From Archangium sp. (GTDB lineage Bacteria > Myxococcota > Myxococcia > Myxococcales > Myxococcaceae), in the NCBI GenBank assembly GCA_031367385.1, contig JANLPS010000090.1, positions 1 to 64,000 of the forward strand: DNA of 64,000 nt. Direction: 5' to 3'. Shown in pieces: positions 44,492-52,432 of the stretch; within the stretch, counting starts at the first letter, position 1; every line of letters begins with the position of its first letter. The translations under genes were made by a program, and so were the position numbers. The notes below the pieces were generated by a model. The model ran no database searches. It was given only the letters and a program-made list of their open reading frames with translations, and was not told the DNA's origin.

Positions 44492-45055
44492 ATGGTCATG
44501 ATCACAGTCGACCTGAAGTTGAAGAAGCGGTACGAAATTGCGCTCGCCGAGCTGAAGAAGGCCAGCGGGCTTTCGCGGTATCGAGTCGTGTCTCGAATCA
44601 TCGAGAGCACGCCTCCGTTGTACCTGGCCGGGAGCATTCCGAACGAAGGTGCGTTCTTCAAGCAGGTGCTTCAGGAGAGCCGACAGTCGGTTTACCGATT
44701 GATACGGGTCGCCAAACACGCGAGCGATGCTGATTTCGAGAAATACGGCTTGAGCGTGCTCGATGCGGCCATCACCTATTTCGAGGCAACGAAAGGCCCC
44801 TCGAAGAAAGCGATCGATTTCGACACGCTTCGAATTCTCATTCGGCGCGACGAGGGTGAGGTGTCGAAGCCGTTGAGCGAAGTGAGCGTGGCTGAGGTTC
44901 GCAGCGCGATCTCGGCGCGCAAGGGCACGCTGAAACCTCCAGTGACTCCGCCCCGGGTCAAAAAGCTGCTCGAGCTGATGAAGCGGGCCGGCATCGTGCC
45001 CGAGTCGGTCACGACCTCGAGGGCTGCAACGGTCATTCGAATCGCGAATTCGTGA
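44492..45055 (+). CDS. Hypothetical basic protein, possible HTH DNA-binding protein
   Basis: AGGAG RBS; ESRQSVYRLIRVA resembles a recognition helix; Lys/Arg-rich. Confidence 0.65.
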   Translation: MVMITVDLKLKKRYEIALAELKKASGLSRYRVVSRIIESTPPLYLAGSIPNEGAFFKQVLQESRQSVYRLIRVAKHASDADFEKYGLSVLDAAITYFEATKGPSKKAIDFDTLRILIRRDEGEVSKPLSEVSVAEVRSAISARKGTLKPPVTPPRVKKLLELMKRAGIVPESVTTSRAATVIRIANS

Positions 45056-45062
45056 GCCCGCA

Positions 45063-45123
45063 GTCCCAACGTTGGGACGATTTTGGAACTTTCAGGTTCA
45101 TAGCCTGTCGCATCGTTGGGACA
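45063..45123. repeat. Double-palindrome element, left copy
   Basis: GTCCCAACGTTGGGAC (45063-45078, perfect), then a spacer containing TTTCAGGTTC, then TGTCGCATCGTTGGGACA (45106-45123). Confidence 0.85.
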
Positions 45124-45214
45124 ACGCCCCTCTTCTGTTTATGAAATCGAGTGAACGATCGTCGGGCTCAGCAGCGGCTGGCCAGCCAATCACGTGTAGA
45201 CGGAGCAGTTCTTC

Positions 45215-45400
45215 GTGTCGAAATACGGCGAGCGACTCGTCACGGTCTTGCGTGAGTCGCACAGCAAACCAGCTCGGCGTTCAACGCTCAGCGCGTATGA
45301 AACGAATTGGCGAACGGTCGTTCGAGAGCTGAAGCTCAAGGGTGATTTCGATAAAGCCAAGTTGTACCAATCGCTCAGCGATTCTGTTCGCGGGGCGTAG
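45215..45400 (+). pseudogene. Probable C-terminal gene fragment
   Basis: 61-codon protein-like frame with no convincing RBS. Confidence 0.3.
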
Positions 45401-45416
45401 GTGACCGAAACATCGG

Positions 45417-46418
45417 TCAGCGCACTCGGCCACCGGGCATGTTGTTTTCAGAATCGTTGGTATTGGGCACAGCGAAATTGGTCATCGAAATAGAGACGCT
45501 CACCGACAGTGCGCGCACGAAGTGCCACCACCCCGCGGGTATGAAGAGCGCCTGACCTTCAGAGAGCGTGGTGGTCAGGAGCGGGATGTCAGCGAAGTAC
45601 GGGAACCGACGCAGGTCGGGAGCTTCGAGGTCGATGAGCGAATAGAAGGCGACGCGGTCTCGGAGCAGCTCGGCCCACGCTGGGTCGATGAGGGTGATGC
45701 GCTTCTGACCGCGCACCTGGCACAAGAGGATGTTCGTCGTATCGTGATGGAGCGGCGTGACCGTGCCCCCCGGCCCGTACCAGAGGTAGACGAACCCATC
45801 GATCTCAAGTGGGTTCATCAGCCCGTGAAAGAACCCGATGTCTTTCACCATCGCGCGCAGCGGCCCGCTCAAGCCGTTGTTGTTGGCCACGAGGTAGGCG
45901 TGATTCGAGAACCGGGTGGCCTCGACCCAGTCGACCCACGCGCCGAAGGTCGTCTCGCCACTGATTTCGTGAACATTCAAATCGTAGAACGCGGTGGTGT
46001 CTCGATTCTGGGCCACCTTCACCGGCACCGCACCGAACCGCTGACGAAGTGCCGATGGCGACCACCGGCGCAGCGCCTGCCAGTCTTTCATCATGGCCGT
46101 GATTCGCACCGGTCGCATGGTGGCGTAGTGCTCTTTGAAGAACGAGCGTCGCCCCAAGCGAGCCACGGAGCGTATTCGTCGGGCGCCAGGCAAGGCATCG
46201 CCAAAGGTACGGCGCAGGCGAGCTTGCCATTCGAGGGTTGCGAGGCGGGCACAGAGTGACTGAATCAGCTCGGCGTTGGGCGAAGTTTCGAGGGCGCGAA
46301 GCTCAGAACGGAGCGCACGGCTCGTCACGAGGGGAAAGGGATTGGCCGCGATCAGCTGCTTCGCCGTGAAACCCCTCGACCAACCCTCGGCGAGCCATGC
46401 CTTCGACAAAGCATCCAT
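45417..46418 (-). CDS. JmjC/cupin_8 2OG-Fe(II) oxygenase (FIH/JMJD5-like protein hydroxylase family)
   Basis: RPV.ITAM..DW.A..RW, LWYGPGGTVTPLHHD (HxD), QVRGQKR, GQALFIPAGWWHFV (distal His). Start set at ATG 46418 because the longer ORF only reads antisense through the repeat gene. Confidence 0.9.
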   Translation of the reverse strand: MDALSKAWLAEGWSRGFTAKQLIAANPFPLVTSRALRSELRALETSPNAELIQSLCARLATLEWQARLRRTFGDALPGARRIRSVARLGRRSFFKEHYATMRPVRITAMMKDWQALRRWSPSALRQRFGAVPVKVAQNRDTTAFYDLNVHEISGETTFGAWVDWVEATRFSNHAYLVANNNGLSGPLRAMVKDIGFFHGLMNPLEIDGFVYLWYGPGGTVTPLHHDTTNILLCQVRGQKRITLIDPAWAELLRDRVAFYSLIDLEAPDLRRFPYFADIPLLTTTLSEGQALFIPAGWWHFVRALSVSVSISMTNFAVPNTNDSENNMPGGRVR

Positions 46419-46496
46419 TTGGCGGTGGAGCTTTGCACTCGGCTCGAAGTCTGGGTACCTTCCGCTCCCCCAAAACCGCCTGTGAGACGCGAACCC

Positions 46497-46691
46497 ATGA
46501 CCACGCTCAAGAAGATTCCGCCGCACCCAGCTCCTCGAAAGACGGGCACCGACGCTCCGAAGATTCCGCCGCACCCGGCGCCTCCGAAGAAGGGCCCTGG
46601 CGCTCCGAAGATTCCGCCGCATCCCGCCCCTCCGAAGAAGGGCCCTGGCGCCCCCAAGATTCCGCCGCACCCGGCTCCTCCGCAGAAGTAG
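46497..46691 (+). CDS. 64-aa tandem-repeat peptide with four KIPPHPAP cores; candidate RiPP precursor
   Basis: The ATG-TAG frame exactly spans four 48-bp units. Differences between the core copies are at third codon positions and synonymous (CAC/CAT, CCA/CCG/CCC, GCT/GCG/GCC). Confidence 0.7.
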   Translation: MTTLKKIPPHPAPRKTGTDAPKIPPHPAPPKKGPGAPKIPPHPAPPKKGPGAPKIPPHPAPPQK

Positions 46692-46710
46692 TACGGGGCC
46701 AGCTGGGCGC

Positions 46711-46779
46711 TGTCGCAACGTTGCGACAAGATTGTCACTTTTCACGTTCTCAATCTGTCCCATCGATGGGACAGATTGA
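46711..46779. repeat. Double-palindrome element, right copy (may also terminate the convergent genes)
   Basis: TGTCGCAACGTTGCGACA (46711-46728, perfect), then a spacer containing TTTCACGTTC, then a 30-bp perfect palindrome TCAATCTGTCCCATCGATGGGACAGATTGA (46750-46779). Confidence 0.88.
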
Positions 46780-46783
46780 AACC

Positions 46784-48616
46784 TCACCGGTAGCCCTGTG
46801 CCTGCAGCGCGAAGAGCCTCGCGTACCGGCCTCCTTGGGCCACCAACGCCTCGTGCGTACCGAGCTCGGTCAGCTTGCCGCCCTCGAGCACCGCGATGCG
46901 GTCTGCCATTCGCACGGTCGAGAACCGGTGCGAGATGATCACCGCCGAACGGTCTTTCGCCAACGTGCGAAAGCGCTCGAACAAGGCCACTTCACTCTCG
47001 GCGTCAATCGATGCGGTCGGCTCATCGAGCACCAGCACGTCGGCCTCGCGCATGAACGCCCGCGCCACCGCCAACTTTTGCCACTGCCCACCCGACAAAT
47101 CGTGCGCGTCTTCGAACCAGGCGCCGAGCACGGTGTCGTACTTCGCGGGCAGCGAGTCGATCATCTCGGCCGCTCCACCGGCTTCGGCAGCGAGCGCAAT
47201 CGCCGCGGGAGAATCGAGCTTGGTCGGCTCACCCAAGCCGATGTTCTCGCCCGCGCTGAACTGGTAGCGCACGAAGTCTTGAAACACCGCGCCGAAGCGA
47301 AGGCGCAGGTCTTTGACGTCGAGGTCGCGAATGTCGATGCCGCCGTAGATGATCGCCCCTTCGGTAGGCTCGTACAGGCGCAGCAGCAGCTTGATCATCG
47401 TCGACTTGCCCGCTCCGTTCTCGCCGACCAGCGCCAGCTTCTCGCCCGGCGCAATCGTCAAGCTGAAGTCACGCAGCGCCCACCCATCGCGCCCGGGGTA
47501 GCGAAACGACACCCCCTGAAACTCGATGGTGTGCTGCCCGCGCGCCAGCTGCTTCGGTGGGTTGACCCGCGACGCCTCGCCCGTCGTCGGCAGCTCGAGA
47601 AACAAGAACAGGTTCGACATGAACAACGCGTCTTCGTACATGCCGGCAATCGACGAGAGCACCGACTCGAAGGCCGCCTGCCCTTGCCGAAACACCGCCA
47701 GGGAAAGGGTCAAATCGCCGACGCTGATCTCGGCCCGCGCGGCGCGACCCGCCACCACCAGGTAGCAGCCGTAGAACGCCGCCGCCGAGAGCATGCCGAG
47801 GCCCGTGCCCAGCCACAGCCGCTTGCGCGCCAACGCCCGGTCTTCGCCCAGAAACGTGGTGTACAGCTTTCGATACCGGCCCAGAATCAGCGGCCCCAGG
47901 TCGAACAGCTTCACCTCTTTGACGTGCGAGTCTCGGGTCAGAATCCACTCGAGGTAGTTGAGCTTTCGGCCCTCGGGCGCCCGCCAGGAGTACAGCTTGA
48001 ACGCCATCGACGAGAGCCGGGTCTCGGCGAAGAACGACGGCACCGCGGCGGCCACCAACACCAGCACCGCCCACCACGACACGTTCCACAGCAGCACGCC
48101 GAAGGTGGCCAGGGTGATGAAGTTCTTCACCACCGTCACGCCCGCCATCGCCAGCGACAACGGCCTGCTCGCCGACTCGCGCCGCGCGTTCTGCATGATG
48201 TCGTAGGTCTTCGAGTCTTCGAAGTGCGAAAGCTCGAGCGTGAGCGATTTTTCTAAGATGCGCTCGGTGATGAGGTTGCCCAGCGAGACGCGGAGCACCT
48301 CGCGAACGAAGCCCTGCCCACGGCCCAGCAGCAATGCGGCGCCTGCCAGGCCCAGCTCCCAGGCGACGTATTGCAGCACCAGGCGCTGCGACTCGGGTGA
48401 CGGCGCCTGCGAGGCGTGCACCACCGCGTCGATGATCAGCTTGCCGACCCAGGCCAGCGTCGCCGGCAGCAACGCTTGCACCATCGTCAGCACCGCCAGA
48501 ATCACCGCGCTGATCCGGTCCGCGTCCCACACCAGGCGGAGGGTTCGCGGCAACTGGTGGAGCAGCTCGCGCGTGCTGACCCGCTCTCGGAGCTTCTTGT
48601 CTTTCGCTGCAACCAT
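46784..48616 (-). CDS. ABC exporter, fused permease/ATP-binding protein
   Basis: Six-TM domain; GENGAGKST, LSGGQWQK, LVLDEPT, ISHR. No C39 peptidase domain. Confidence 0.95.
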   Translation of the reverse strand: MVAAKDKKLRERVSTRELLHQLPRTLRLVWDADRISAVILAVLTMVQALLPATLAWVGKLIIDAVVHASQAPSPESQRLVLQYVAWELGLAGAALLLGRGQGFVREVLRVSLGNLITERILEKSLTLELSHFEDSKTYDIMQNARRESASRPLSLAMAGVTVVKNFITLATFGVLLWNVSWWAVLVLVAAAVPSFFAETRLSSMAFKLYSWRAPEGRKLNYLEWILTRDSHVKEVKLFDLGPLILGRYRKLYTTFLGEDRALARKRLWLGTGLGMLSAAAFYGCYLVVAGRAARAEISVGDLTLSLAVFRQGQAAFESVLSSIAGMYEDALFMSNLFLFLELPTTGEASRVNPPKQLARGQHTIEFQGVSFRYPGRDGWALRDFSLTIAPGEKLALVGENGAGKSTMIKLLLRLYEPTEGAIIYGGIDIRDLDVKDLRLRFGAVFQDFVRYQFSAGENIGLGEPTKLDSPAAIALAAEAGGAAEMIDSLPAKYDTVLGAWFEDAHDLSGGQWQKLAVARAFMREADVLVLDEPTASIDAESEVALFERFRTLAKDRSAVIISHRFSTVRMADRIAVLEGGKLTELGTHEALVAQGGRYARLFALQAQGYR

Positions 48617-48653
48617 CGCCCGTCGGCCTGCCATTGGGGGCGTTGCTTAACCG

Positions 48654-48737
48654 TGGTTCGACAGGCTCACCATGAGAGGTTCGCTTTTGAGGGTGGGTGA
48701 GGTCTTCACCATGGTTCGACAGGCTCACCATGAGAGG
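48654..48737 (+). repeat. Two identical 26-bp REP-like direct repeats
   Basis: TGGTTCGACAGGCTCACCATGAGAGG at 48654-48679 and 48712-48737. Confidence 0.9.
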
Positions 48738-48825
48738 AGGTGCGATTTGGGGCCTCAGAGGGTGGTTGTATGTAGGTCTACACGGCGCTAGAGGCGGCGG
48801 TTCACCAGAAGGAGAGCTCTTCCAC

Positions 48826-49728
48826 GTGCTCCTGCCCATTCTCGCCTCGTGCCTTGTTGCCGTGCCGACGCCCGCTCCGATGCCGGGCGAGGCGGAGTCG
48901 CAGCGCTTCAAGGCCTTCTTCGAGAAGGGCGAGGCCCTCTATCAGGCAGGCGAGTACGGCCCGGCCATCTACAACTTCGAGCTGGCCGACAGTCAGCGGG
49001 TGACGCCCGAGGTGGCGTACGACCTGGCCAAGTCGCACGAGAAGCTCTTCGACGCTGCGTTCACGCTGCTCTACTACCGGCTTTACATGCGCCGCGCGCC
49101 CGAGGCGACCGACACCCTGCAGGTCGCTGAAAAGGTCGGGCAGGCACTCGCCAAGGCCGAAGCCGAGGGCCGTGGCTTTCTCGAGCTGTGGGCCCCCCGC
49201 GCCAAGAGCGTCACCGTGAAGGGCTTTCGCTTCGCCCAGCCGCCGGTCGCGCTGTTCTTGCCCGCAGGTGATTACGACGTCGAAGCCGAGTTTCCCTCCG
49301 GCCCCAAGAAAATGGTGGTGCAGATTCGCAGCGGCCGCACCACCTCGCTCACTTTCGAGCCGGTGCAGCCTCCGATGCTGACCGTCGAGAACGCGCTCAC
49401 CGCCGACCTGGTCGCCGCCGGAGTCGAGCGTGACCACGGCCCGACCACCTCGGGCACCCGCGTCGCCGCCTACGTGGTGGCCGGAGTCGGAGTCGCCGCG
49501 CTGATCACCGGCATCATTCTGGGCGTCTCGGCCAACGCCGACCTCGCCCAATCACAGAACAAGAACCTCACCGTCTCGACCGCCCAGGCCGCCGCTGCCA
49601 GTGCCAACGGAAAAGGCGTCGCCGCCAACGTGCTCTTCGGGGCCGGGGGTGCCAGCGTCGCCGGAGGTATCGTATTGTTCATCTTCTCCATGCCCGAGCC
49701 CGGCATGAAGACCAGTGGAGGTTCTTGA
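48826..49728 (+). CDS. TPR/PEGA-like exported protein
   Basis: FEKGEALYQAGEY..AI..F...YDLAKS (TPR); C-terminal hydrophobic segments. Start (GTG 48826) uncertain. Confidence 0.75.
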   Translation: MLLPILASCLVAVPTPAPMPGEAESQRFKAFFEKGEALYQAGEYGPAIYNFELADSQRVTPEVAYDLAKSHEKLFDAAFTLLYYRLYMRRAPEATDTLQVAEKVGQALAKAEAEGRGFLELWAPRAKSVTVKGFRFAQPPVALFLPAGDYDVEAEFPSGPKKMVVQIRSGRTTSLTFEPVQPPMLTVENALTADLVAAGVERDHGPTTSGTRVAAYVVAGVGVAALITGIILGVSANADLAQSQNKNLTVSTAQAAAASANGKGVAANVLFGAGGASVAGGIVLFIFSMPEPGMKTSGGS

Positions 49729-49729
49729 A

Positions 49730-52192
49730 ATGAACCGCTCGATGTTTTTGCTGTGCGCGGGGCTCGTCACCGTCAGCTGCGCGACGAACGTGAAGGTCGA
49801 CCCGGCGGGCTACGCCTGTGACCCGGGCAATGTGTGCCCCTCGGGGTACGCCTGTGTGGGTGGACTCTGCCAGCTCGGTACCACCACGCTGTGCTCGGTC
49901 ACCAGCTGCGTGCAGCTCGCGCAGTGCGTCGGCACCAAGGTGAAGACCTTCGCCGGCAGCTGCGACACCGGGAGCGGCGTGTGCAGCTACGTGCCCACCG
50001 AGACCGCCTGCGTGAATGGCTGCGCGAACGGCGCCTGCGTCGACGCGTGCAAGGGCGTCACCTGCGCCACGCCTCCCGCGCCGGTGTGCATGGGCTCGAC
50101 CCTGCACGGGTTTCAAGGCAACGGCACCTGCAGCCTCACCACCGGCGTCTGCGCGTACACGCCGGTCGACACGGTCTGCACCAATGGCTGCACCGCCGGC
50201 GCGTGCGTCAACCAAGACACCTGCTCCGGAGTGATGTGCACGACGCCTCCAGCGCCCGTGTGCGAAGGCCAGGTGTTGCGCACCTACTTGTCTGCGGGCA
50301 CCTGCGCCGCGGGCACCTGCAGCTACCCCTCGGCGACGATGACCTGCGACACCGCGTGCTCGGCGGGCGCCTGTGTCTCGGCCGCGGCGGTCTTCAAGCA
50401 AACCGGCCCCCGGCTGCGCTTCGCCGTCTCGGCGCTCGACGTGGCGCCTGGCTCGAGCGGTGGGCTCGCGGTGGCGGTGGGCAAGGCCGGCAACGTCGCC
50501 CGGTGGAACGGGACGGAGTGGGCCGTGCTCGCGACCCCGACGAAAGAGAACCTCAACGCGGTGCACTTCGTCAGCAACAACGCGGCGTGGCTGGTCGGTG
50601 AGAGGCGCACCGTGTGGACGTATCGGAGCGGGGTCATCAGCGCGGTCAGCAACCCGCCGGGCTCGGGCAGCTCGAACTTCGTCGGGGTGTACGGCCGCGG
50701 CGATGCCGACGTGCTGATCGTCGACGACGTCGGCAACTGGCACAAGTGGAACGGCTCTTCGTGGGCCTCTGGAGCCCTGCCCAGCGCGAAGGGGCCGTAT
50801 CTGATCAGCAGCGTGTTCATCGACGAGACCAACCGCGAGCGCATCGGCGGCAAGTGTGGCTCGAGCGCTCACGCCACCTGCATCGCCTACCGAGACCCGA
50901 CCTCGGGCCTCGACTTCGGCATCGATCTCGATGCCACCAGTGACAGCTCGGGCTGCGACGCGCTGGGGCCGTGGGTCGACCCTCCGCCCTCGCTGGGAGG
51001 CCCCGACGTGCTCTGCGGCAAGCCCACCAACGAGCTGCGCCGCCACAACCCCTACGGCTTCACCGGGTCGGTGCTGGGCCCGACGCCGATGCTGTCGACG
51101 GGCAACGGCGTGGTCGGTATCGCCGGGGGCGCCAGCCATGCGTCATATGTGCTGACTTCGTCGAGCGGCCTCTCGGCGACCGGGGTGTTGTACCGATTGG
51201 TGAGATCAGGCGTGACGGTGCCGGTTGATCAGCTGCTGACCACCAGCTTTGGCGAAGAGCACCTCTCGCTCAACGACGCGGCAGGCGTGCTGGTGGCCGA
51301 CGTGGTGCGCACCCAAGACGTGAACAACGTGCTCCACCGCAGCCCGAGCGTGAATGAGGCCTTCGACCTGGGCGAAGACTGGGCCGCCACCACCGCGACC
51401 AACGCCGATGATCTGGTGCTGATCAACACCTCTGGCGACCCGGCGGTACGCAAAGCGGGCGCGCCGGTGTTCAACTTCATTCGCGGCCCCGCCGAGGTCA
51501 GCGCCCTCGCGGCGGCGGCACAGAACGGCACCGGCGTGTTGATCGTCGGCTCGAACAGCGTCACCGGCGCGGCGCTGATCGAGCGCTTCAGCCCCGGAGT
51601 CGGCTTCAGCGCGGTCGCGACCAACACGCCAAACGCCGCGCTGAGCAGCGTGTGCCGAATCTCAGACGCAGAAGCCTACGCCGTCGGCACCGGCGGGCTG
51701 ATCTTCTCGATCAACACCACCACGCTCAGCGCCACCAAGATGCCCTCGACCACCAGCCAAGATCTGCTCTGGGTCGACTGCGGCGCTGCCGGCCGGGCGG
51801 TCGCCTGTGGCAAGAACGGCACGGTCTTGCGACTCTCGGGCGGCGCGTGGTCGAGCACCACCCCTTTTCCCAGCGCGGCGCGGCTGACCGGCTGCAAGCT
51901 GCTCGGCGACACCGTCTGGGCCTCGGGTGACAACGCCTTCGCGCGGCTCGACCCCAATGGCACCACCTGGTCGGTGCTGCCGGCCCGGGCCGGGCTGCGG
52001 GGGCTGTTCATTCGAGCCCCGAACGACATCTACGGCTTCACGATTGGCCTCGGCACCTCCGACGTGCAGCGCTTCGACGGCACCTCGTGGCGCAGCGCGA
52101 TTCAGGTCAAAGGCATGCTCCGCGGAGCCGTTCAAACCAGCGCCAAGCTGACCTTTGGCGGCAGCGCTGGCGTGCTCGTCGAGGGCCAATAG
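49730..52192 (+). CDS. Cys-rich lipoprotein with C-terminal beta-propeller-like repeats
   Basis: Lipobox TVSC; three C.TPPAPVC...GTC...C.Y.P...C..GC units; AVG..G...W.G..W repeats. Confidence 0.82.
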   Translation: MNRSMFLLCAGLVTVSCATNVKVDPAGYACDPGNVCPSGYACVGGLCQLGTTTLCSVTSCVQLAQCVGTKVKTFAGSCDTGSGVCSYVPTETACVNGCANGACVDACKGVTCATPPAPVCMGSTLHGFQGNGTCSLTTGVCAYTPVDTVCTNGCTAGACVNQDTCSGVMCTTPPAPVCEGQVLRTYLSAGTCAAGTCSYPSATMTCDTACSAGACVSAAAVFKQTGPRLRFAVSALDVAPGSSGGLAVAVGKAGNVARWNGTEWAVLATPTKENLNAVHFVSNNAAWLVGERRTVWTYRSGVISAVSNPPGSGSSNFVGVYGRGDADVLIVDDVGNWHKWNGSSWASGALPSAKGPYLISSVFIDETNRERIGGKCGSSAHATCIAYRDPTSGLDFGIDLDATSDSSGCDALGPWVDPPPSLGGPDVLCGKPTNELRRHNPYGFTGSVLGPTPMLSTGNGVVGIAGGASHASYVLTSSSGLSATGVLYRLVRSGVTVPVDQLLTTSFGEEHLSLNDAAGVLVADVVRTQDVNNVLHRSPSVNEAFDLGEDWAATTATNADDLVLINTSGDPAVRKAGAPVFNFIRGPAEVSALAAAAQNGTGVLIVGSNSVTGAALIERFSPGVGFSAVATNTPNAALSSVCRISDAEAYAVGTGGLIFSINTTTLSATKMPSTTSQDLLWVDCGAAGRAVACGKNGTVLRLSGGAWSSTTPFPSAARLTGCKLLGDTVWASGDNAFARLDPNGTTWSVLPARAGLRGLFIRAPNDIYGFTIGLGTSDVQRFDGTSWRSAIQVKGMLRGAVQTSAKLTFGGSAGVLVEGQ

Positions 52193-52432
52193 ACCCGGGC
52201 CTGGCAGATCAACCGCAGTCGTTTTCGGGGGTTGCTGCGGCGACCGTGGGGGGGTGTGCAGATCAGCGCAAAGATGCTACCTGCTGGCGACTTTGCCGGC
52301 TCGCTGCCCCTTTGAGCCAGAGGACTTGTACGCATGCGATTGCAGACTCCGTCACCCGGCCAGCTTGGAATTCCCGCGATGAACGGGGTTTCGTCTCAAG
52401 TGGTTTCGAAGGCTCCGAAAGGCACCGCCGCG

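Noticed and set aside
46509..46688. 48-bp array as CRISPR or non-coding VNTR
   Set aside because: No unique spacers, and variation concentrates at third codon positions, indicating a coding repeat.
45063..46779. Integron attC sites or canonical parS
   Set aside because: No RYYYAAC...GTTRRRY ends with extrahelical bases, no integron integrase, and the core differs from TGTTTCACGTGAAACA.
46419..46787. Arg-rich N-terminal extension of the JmjC ORF (456-aa call)
   Set aside because: It is an antisense read-through of the repeat gene and palindromes. Family-like sequence begins at MDALSKAW (46418).
48654..48737. Possible mini-CRISPR (26-bp repeat, 32-bp spacer, repeat)
   Set aside because: Only two repeats, no cas genes, and the repeat belongs to the dispersed REP-like family seen at six or more other places or orientations.
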